This document shows, piece after piece, positions 58,301 through 64,000 of a stretch of 64,000 nucleotides of DNA (positions are counted from its first letter, which is position 1; each line of letters starts with the position of its first letter). The notes below the pieces were generated by a model. The model made no database searches and was not told where the DNA came from. It saw nothing but the letters and a program-made list of their open reading frames with translations. The stretch spans positions 68,572-132,571 of the IMG/VR virus record IMGVR_UViG_3300022923_000005. The stretch is one strand, 5' to 3'. Position numbers and translations under genes: made by a program. Source of the stretch: a virus (taxonomy: Duplodnaviria; Caudoviricetes).

Positions 58301-61300
58301 AGAATTAGTAAGCAACTAGTACGTGGAGACAAAATACAAATTAGAGAATATGTTTCTACATCATTTAGTTATGTGCCACCTACACCTACTTCATTAGGTT
58401 TATACAAAAAGTATACACCAAAAAAGTTTATTGACGACACATATTTAGAACCAAGAGAAGTTATACAAGGACACGATGGTAGTATTACACAAGCCTACGG
58501 TGACTTCCGTGATGACTTAATACTAGAACTTGAATATAGAATTTACAATAATATTAAAAATAATTATGACGAAAATGTTTTTGATATTGATAGTGTAATC
58601 GGCAGTTACTATCATAGAACAGACTTTACTAAATCAAATGTCGACGACATTGTTAACCAAGAATTTTTAAAGTGGGTAGCAGATACTAATTTAGGTTACA
58701 CACTTAATACATATTTTGATAGTGAAGAACCATTTACATATACATATAACCAAATGGCAAGTCCAGACGGTAAAGAATCTTTACCTGGTTGGTGGAGAGG
58801 AGTATACAAATACTACTATGACACAGACCGTCCTCACTCTCATCCTTGGGAATGTTTAGGTTTTACAGAAAAGCCAAGTTGGTTTGATACAGAATACGGT
58901 GAAGCACCATACACTAATGGTAATTTATTATTATGGGAAGATATCAGAGATGGTAAAATATGTCAAGGCGAGAGAGCAGGCACATATCCACGCTATGCAA
59001 GAACAAGCATTCTAAGCCATATTCCATCAGACGCAGATGGTAACTTAGTAGATCCATTAACAAGCGGACTTGCACAAAACTTTGTATTGTTTAACAATCA
59101 AGGTAGTTTTAAAATTGGTGATATAGGTCCTGTTGAATATGCTTGGCGTTCAAGTTCAGAGTTTCCTTTTGCAATAACAATTGCAATGTGTTTGTTGAAA
59201 CCGTTTGAATTTATTATTAGTAATTTTGATAGAGCTCAAACAAAGCGTAATATTCTAAATCAAATTGTTGACAAGACAACAGAAACATTTATCACTCCGG
59301 CAGAACTAGAGTTACCAGTTGCTGGAGCAAAACAAACTAGCGGCTTGGCAAACTATATCACATCATATGTAAAAAGTAGAGGTTTAGAAGTAGCAGATGT
59401 ACAAGAAGATATAACACATATTAATGTAAGACTGTCATCTAGACTAAGTGGATTTGTTGATCAAGAACAGCAAAAATATTCTGTAGATAGTAAAAATCCT
59501 AAGTCGTCTTCAAGTAATGCACTTATTCCAAATGAAAACTTTAACATTATATTTGATGTAAGTTCTCCTATTGCTACATTAACTTATAGCGGTATGATAT
59601 TTGAAAAAACTTCTATGGGTTGGACAGTATCTGGTTATGACGATGTTAAACCTTACTTTGAATATTATGAAGCAGTAGCGAATCAAAAGGATCCTGTAAT
59701 TAGTATTGGCGGATTGAGTGAAGCATTTAGTTTATGGGAACCTAACAAATTATTTGCTAATGGATCTATTGTTGAAAATAGAGGTACATATTTTAGAGCA
59801 AAAGAATCTCATACTTCGTCAGAATCATTTGATGAAATGTTTTGGACAAAATTACCTGCACTTCCTGTTGTAGGAGCAACGACAGCACAAAGACGTAGAA
59901 ACTTTAACACAACTACAATTCGAAGATTATCATACGGTGAACAGTTTACTACCATACAACAGGTTGCAGATTTTATCATAGGTCATCAAGAATTCCTTAA
60001 AGCAAGTGGTTTTGTATTTGACAACTACGATGGTACAACACAGTCTGTTCAAGACTGGACAACTGCACTTAAAGAATTTATGTTTTGGACACAGCACAAT
60101 TGGGCTGTAGGGTCATTACTTACAGTAAGTCCAGGCGCACAAAAACTTACAATTAATGTACCTGTTGGTGTTGCAGATAATCTACTTGATGGATTTTACG
60201 AATACAATGTGTTAGGTAGTAACGGTGTTCCGTTAGATACTAGCAACATAAATGTTAACAGACAGTTTCAAGAATTTATAATCACAACTACTGACACAGA
60301 AGATGGATTATACTATCTAAAAGTAAATCTTGTACTTAAAGAACACGTTACAGTTTTTGACGATAGAACTGTATTCAATGACGTAATTTTTGATAAGCCT
60401 AGTGGTTATAGACAAGAAAGAATTAGATCACAAGGTTTTAGGACAGTTGATTGGGATGGCGATTATACAAGTCCAGGCTTTATTTTTGATAATGTTAATA
60501 TTGTTGCGTGGCAGCCATTTAGAAATTATAAACTAGGTGATATTGTTCAGTATAGATCATCTAATTACACCAGTTTGCGTACACATACTAGTGATCAAGA
60601 ATTCAATGCTAGTAATTGGACAATATTAGATAGCGAACCTAAAAAACAATTAATTCCAAACTTTGATTATAGAATTAATCAAATAGAAGATTATTTTAAT
60701 GTAGATAGCGAAGGACTTGGCAAAAGCCAAAGAGATCTTGCTAGACATACTGTAGGTTATCAAACTAGAGAATATTTAGAATCTATTGCAGAAGATCCAA
60801 TTACACAGTTTCAATTGTATCAAGGCTTTATTAGAGAGAAAGGAAGTAAAAATCCTATTAGTAAAGTTTTTAACAAAGCCACTAATAGTGTAAACGGTGT
60901 ACAGTTAGACGAGCAGTGGGCATTTAAAGTTGGAACACTAGGCGGTGATGCGCAATCTTATAATATTGAACTGTCACTAGACACAGATCAATTTAAAGTT
61001 AATCCGCAGCCTGTAGTAATTACACCTGAAAAAGGAGATTTCTTAGATAGGTATTACAGAGTAAATCAAAGCAACTTTGATTATGCTCCTATACCTTACA
61101 CAGATAATATCAATCCTGTAACAGATAATGCAAAGCCTACACAAACAGCAGGCTATGTCAAGTTAGGACAAACAGAATATGTTATTAAACATTTTTCAGA
61201 TATTAGTACTGAATTAGATGTTAACACAGTTAGTAACAATGAACACATATGGATAACATTTAGCGGACCTACTTGGACAGTAAAAAGAATTAATGTAGCA

Positions 61301-64000
61301 TTTGAATTACCGATACTTTCAGTAGTTCAAGAAAATACAACAGTAACTATTGACTTCGGAAAACGTCATAACTTTGCTGTTGATGATTATATTGGTGTTA
61401 AGAACTTAGAAGACATTTCAGGGTTCTATCAGATTACAGCAATCACTAATAACACAGTTACATACGAACTTACAGAGAAAGCACCTAAAGCAGATTATAA
61501 TACTAGCACAGCAGTATATCCTATATATTTCTCTGACGTAAGATATAATTCTTACAACGATATAAGTGAAGAAGAAATTGCTTTACTTCAAAACAAATCT
61601 AAATTATGGATTGACCATAATGGCGAATTGAAATGGGAAGTAGTAGAAAAGAATAAAATTTATACAGACAAAAAGATTACAAACTATGGTTTATCAGAAC
61701 CAGTAAGAGTTGGTGAAAAAGTACTTTACAATCCTGCACTGAAACAAGTGTTTGCTAGTGCATCGGCTACGCCGCGTGTAATGGTGTATTTAGAAACAGC
61801 ACAAGGTCTTTCTGTCAAACAAATTTTACAACCACCAGATGCATTTATTGATGGCAACATCAATTCATTTGGTTTAGAACTTGCTATTAGTCCTGACAGC
61901 AAATGGTTAGCAGTTGGCTCGCCTAAAGCAACAGGTATTAGTAGCAATTATAGAGGCGAATATAACCCTTACGTAAATTATGGTATAGGTCAAATTGTAC
62001 TATTTTCAGGTAGGTTATGGAAATCAAAAGTTGATATTGCAGCAGACGGCAGCAGTATAAACATATACTCCGAAGATTGGGAACAAGTTAAATCAATAGA
62101 AGCAGTTGAGTTTGGTTCCAATGACGGAGAAACACAAATGGGTAGTGTTACATTATATGAATGGACACTGAATCAATGGAACTATAGAACAACATTGCTC
62201 AGCCCACGCTTAGATGCGTTTGAAGAATTTGGACACGCAATAGCAATTAGTAAAACTGCTACCGGTTATGGTATGGCAGTAAGTGCTCCAGGATCTTTAC
62301 ACGCTAAAGGTAGAGTATGGTTATACCATTATACTGAAGCAACAGGTTGGGAAACAATTCAAAACACGAACTATGTCGGTGAATATAATCCGGGCGAAAT
62401 ATTTTTTGAAGGTCAAATAGATAATGATATTTTAACTGTGAAAGATACAGGTGATAGTACACCTATCGCAGGCAAGTTAAAAAGTGGTGCCAGTGTTACT
62501 GGTACGGGAGTATTAGATGGAACATATATTCTGGAGCAGCTCGATTGGCCTGTTTCAGATGATGGAACTGTCCATACCGAAAAGGGTGGAGTCGGAACTT
62601 ATAGAGTTTCAAAAAATCATACTACCCCTACTGAAAGTGTTAGAATGCAATCCAACTATTTTTATCCGTCGGGTTCAGTCGTTACTTACAATGGGAAGTT
62701 TTGGCAAGCGCAGTATGATACCTACGGGGATGGCAGTACAATTAGTATAGACTCTAATGAGTGGGCACAACTTGATGCAGTTGCCACTCAAGCATCGCTG
62801 CCACAATCCGTTGCATTAGAAGATGATGGTTCTAGTTTATTCACAGGGTTGCTTACCGACGGACAGGTTAATGAACTAGTAATGAATGGCACAAGGTTTG
62901 GCTCTTCATTGTCAATGAGCTATGATGGTAATGTATTAGTTGTCGGTGCACCAGATGCAGACAACCAGTTCTTCCCCAACTATAAAGGTGTGTGGAGACC
63001 AGACTATGAATACATTCAAGGAGATGTTGTAAAATATCAAAACGCATATCATAGATTATCTAACATTGGCCCGTCACAGGTACCGCAAGACAGTACAATT
63101 AGAAGTTATAACGAAGATCCAAGTAATGGTTATCCTTGGGTAGATGCAGGAGATAGTACACCAAGCATTACAGGCAAGATGTTTGTATACAGAAAAGATG
63201 CCAGTGGCAACTATAACTTGTTACAAACTGTCGCTGCTGATAACTTAGATAGTTTCAACGATTTAGATCAAGCACACCCAGACATAATGGCAGCAGGTGA
63301 TAAGTTTGGTTATGCGGTTGCAGTAGATTACTCTGGAAACAACATTGTTGTAAGTAGTCCTCAAGCAGATATCAACTATCAAAATCAAGGTAGTGCATAC
63401 ATATTTGAATACAAAAATGATTCAAGTGTGTATGAATATCGTATTACACAGAAACTTGAAAGTTTTGAAAAGTTTCCAAATGAATTCTTTGGACAATCGA
63501 TTTGCATTAGTCCTAACACAAGCGTAATTGCAATTGGTGCAAACAATAGCCCGTATGTGCAAACAACTATTTTTGATAATTCTCAAACGTCATTTGATGA
63601 AGGACGTTCAACATTTAAAAACTTTGAAGGATTTACAGGTAGTGTTTATGTATTTGAGAAGAAAGAACATACATATTATCTAACTGAAAAACTAGATGCT
63701 GATTTATCACTAAATGAATCCTTTGGTACTTCAGTAAGTTGTGAGAAAGATGTTGTTGTAGTAGGATCACCTGATTACATTGAACCTATTACAGAAGATA
63801 ATAACATTGTTTTCACTGGTACTAAAGTTGGAATGGTAAGACTATTCAAAAAACCAGATGGTGTAAGTCCACTTACAGTAATTGCAGAACAACCGCAACA
63901 CACTGACTTAGAACAAATTAAGCGTATAGCACTTTATGAAAAACAAGATGATGTTAAAATACAGGATTTAGAATTTTTTGATCCTGCAAAACTAAAAATT
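55355..64000 (+). CDS. Giant baseplate/virion protein (>2880 aa, gp7-like position), 3' end outside window
   Basis: Not in ORF track; starts at a TAATG overlap (MADKKVYPDSKIPIRKTSEFLPDIFKT); the frame reads cleanly where checked and at the window end (..DPAKLKI); CBM-like repeats and FG-GAP-like propeller repeats (FG..V.....VVG.P). Confidence 0.8.
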   Translation, partial: MADKKVYPDSKIPIRKTSEFLPDIFKTEANDKFLAGVVDPLIQPGATDKLVGYIGRRYGKTYNSKDIYLDDDDTLRSRYQLEPGVTIEKDRKIENFHDYIDLKNILTFFGNYNGRDDIINKQEHYSWNPPIDWDKFTNYREYFWAPQGPPSVSVFGQSSAVTSTYKVTTSIGSTWIFTPDGATNNPNIVLYRGQTYRFEVNSPTEGFVIRTNYDTGSLIYNPQITYFVGDYAIFDDKLWRAKVDVSPADGSSISVDSQDWELVDDNAVLDSLTYGGGITNNGAKRGVVTFKVPMDAPDILYYQSDVDPNRLGQFIIGNIEDATFIDPELEIIGKKDYTSANGVTLTNGLVIEFRGQVAQEKYAEGTWLVEGVGKEISLTKFTDLIPPSVTSTTPEILFDNEGFDSQPYDDATQFPGSKDYITINRTSRDLNPWSRYNRWFHRSVLEYSHQQRGVEFEATEDTRAKRPIIEFHPNIQLFNHGGVSKQTVDYIDDYTTDIFSKIEGSTGYSVDGEFLFEGARVLVIADTDNLANNKIYEVRFITHNGRKQINLREAADADSAENECLLVRRGNVNAGLMFHYNGSKWVPSQPKTNVNQYPLFDLYDADGNSFGDQNVYPVTTFRGTPIISYAVGSGRTDTELGFKLKYLNINNVGDITFDWNLDKDSFQYTQLQDTITVPVNKGYLKIEGAYDNGWTKTNDKYLQPIINTVKIVEDGISTIDWTNTIDWTTVTDKLEICFYKNGLKFDESFTRNVSLFTFENEFAVGDVVTIKIIDDVVPGTGYYEFPVGLEKNPLNTQVKEFTLGQATDHLVSSLEYNKDFTGTVPGVSNLRDLSGFQSYTKRFLKHSGVAAASVTLLNDRNYNLIKSIQYAKKAYSVFKDNFIKKASEIEFEDVPANFVDNIIEELTRTKSVASPFADTDVMGSGAFTSIDYEVDDVGITTFALSTAFDINALNRKAVYVYINDRQLLLNSEYTIDSTFAFVRISKQLVRGDKIQIREYVSTSFSYVPPTPTSLGLYKKYTPKKFIDDTYLEPREVIQGHDGSITQAYGDFRDDLILELEYRIYNNIKNNYDENVFDIDSVIGSYYHRTDFTKSNVDDIVNQEFLKWVADTNLGYTLNTYFDSEEPFTYTYNQMASPDGKESLPGWWRGVYKYYYDTDRPHSHPWECLGFTEKPSWFDTEYGEAPYTNGNLLLWEDIRDGKICQGERAGTYPRYARTSILSHIPSDADGNLVDPLTSGLAQNFVLFNNQGSFKIGDIGPVEYAWRSSSEFPFAITIAMCLLKPFEFIISNFDRAQTKRNILNQIVDKTTETFITPAELELPVAGAKQTSGLANYITSYVKSRGLEVADVQEDITHINVRLSSRLSGFVDQEQQKYSVDSKNPKSSSSNALIPNENFNIIFDVSSPIATLTYSGMIFEKTSMGWTVSGYDDVKPYFEYYEAVANQKDPVISIGGLSEAFSLWEPNKLFANGSIVENRGTYFRAKESHTSSESFDEMFWTKLPALPVVGATTAQRRRNFNTTTIRRLSYGEQFTTIQQVADFIIGHQEFLKASGFVFDNYDGTTQSVQDWTTALKEFMFWTQHNWAVGSLLTVSPGAQKLTINVPVGVADNLLDGFYEYNVLGSNGVPLDTSNINVNRQFQEFIITTTDTEDGLYYLKVNLVLKEHVTVFDDRTVFNDVIFDKPSGYRQERIRSQGFRTVDWDGDYTSPGFIFDNVNIVAWQPFRNYKLGDIVQYRSSNYTSLRTHTSDQEFNASNWTILDSEPKKQLIPNFDYRINQIEDYFNVDSEGLGKSQRDLARHTVGYQTREYLESIAEDPITQFQLYQGFIREKGSKNPISKVFNKATNSVNGVQLDEQWAFKVGTLGGDAQSYNIELSLDTDQFKVNPQPVVITPEKGDFLDRYYRVNQSNFDYAPIPYTDNINPVTDNAKPTQTAGYVKLGQTEYVIKHFSDISTELDVNTVSNNEHIWITFSGPTWTVKRINVAFELPILSVVQENTTVTIDFGKRHNFAVDDYIGVKNLEDISGFYQITAITNNTVTYELTEKAPKADYNTSTAVYPIYFSDVRYNSYNDISEEEIALLQNKSKLWIDHNGELKWEVVEKNKIYTDKKITNYGLSEPVRVGEKVLYNPALKQVFASASATPRVMVYLETAQGLSVKQILQPPDAFIDGNINSFGLELAISPDSKWLAVGSPKATGISSNYRGEYNPYVNYGIGQIVLFSGRLWKSKVDIAADGSSINIYSEDWEQVKSIEAVEFGSNDGETQMGSVTLYEWTLNQWNYRTTLLSPRLDAFEEFGHAIAISKTATGYGMAVSAPGSLHAKGRVWLYHYTEATGWETIQNTNYVGEYNPGEIFFEGQIDNDILTVKDTGDSTPIAGKLKSGASVTGTGVLDGTYILEQLDWPVSDDGTVHTEKGGVGTYRVSKNHTTPTESVRMQSNYFYPSGSVVTYNGKFWQAQYDTYGDGSTISIDSNEWAQLDAVATQASLPQSVALEDDGSSLFTGLLTDGQVNELVMNGTRFGSSLSMSYDGNVLVVGAPDADNQFFPNYKGVWRPDYEYIQGDVVKYQNAYHRLSNIGPSQVPQDSTIRSYNEDPSNGYPWVDAGDSTPSITGKMFVYRKDASGNYNLLQTVAADNLDSFNDLDQAHPDIMAAGDKFGYAVAVDYSGNNIVVSSPQADINYQNQGSAYIFEYKNDSSVYEYRITQKLESFEKFPNEFFGQSICISPNTSVIAIGANNSPYVQTTIFDNSQTSFDEGRSTFKNFEGFTGSVYVFEKKEHTYYLTEKLDADLSLNESFGTSVSCEKDVVVVGSPDYIEPITEDNNIVFTGTKVGMVRLFKKPDGVSPLTVIAEQPQHTDLEQIKRIALYEKQDDVKIQDLEFFDPAKLKI

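Noticed and set aside
851-62750. Numerous 60-190 aa ORFs antisense to or nested in long genes (e.g. 9800-10279, 26758-27309, 45210-45776)
   Set aside because: Shadow frames of genes with biased codon usage; no RBS or recognisable motifs.
1-64000. Stop-codon reassignment as in some large phages
   Set aside because: Core genes are full length in the standard code and end with TAA, TAG and TGA.

Overview
The window is part of a large, AT-rich T4-like (myovirus) phage genome, most likely aquatic or marine. The host cannot be read from the sequence. The minus strand (1-35 kb) carries a flavin-dependent halogenase, a 2OG-Fe(II) oxygenase, three tandem Gly/His-rich fibre paralogues, two giant paralogous virion proteins (2516 and 1845 aa), more fibre and adaptor genes, the head module (gp23, gp22, gp21, acidic core protein, gp20 portal) and a tape-measure-like gene. 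The 35-45 kb region holds a gp26-like hub chaperone, two probable head-packaged proteins, a ~510-bp non-coding gap, a stand-alone GIY-YIG nuclease, gp46/gp47 and the late sigma factor gp55. The plus strand from 45 kb is the baseplate module, ending in a >2880-aa ORF that runs off the window and is missing from the ORF track. TAAATA late promoters precede many structural genes. The two strongest leads are (1) a ~430-nt GC-enriched, minus-strand structured RNA candidate with a pseudoknot, directly 3' of the GIY-YIG gene, and (2) a likely programmed -1 frameshift (A_AAT_TTT_TTC plus a 3' stem) fusing the gp26-like and gp51-like ORFs, as in lambda G/GT. Further leads are two structured late 5' leaders, a recurrent D-(G)-S-[S/T] motif in surface proteins alongside candidate modifying enzymes, and a repeated fibre-plus-adaptor architecture. 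All family assignments come from motif recognition by eye, not database searches.
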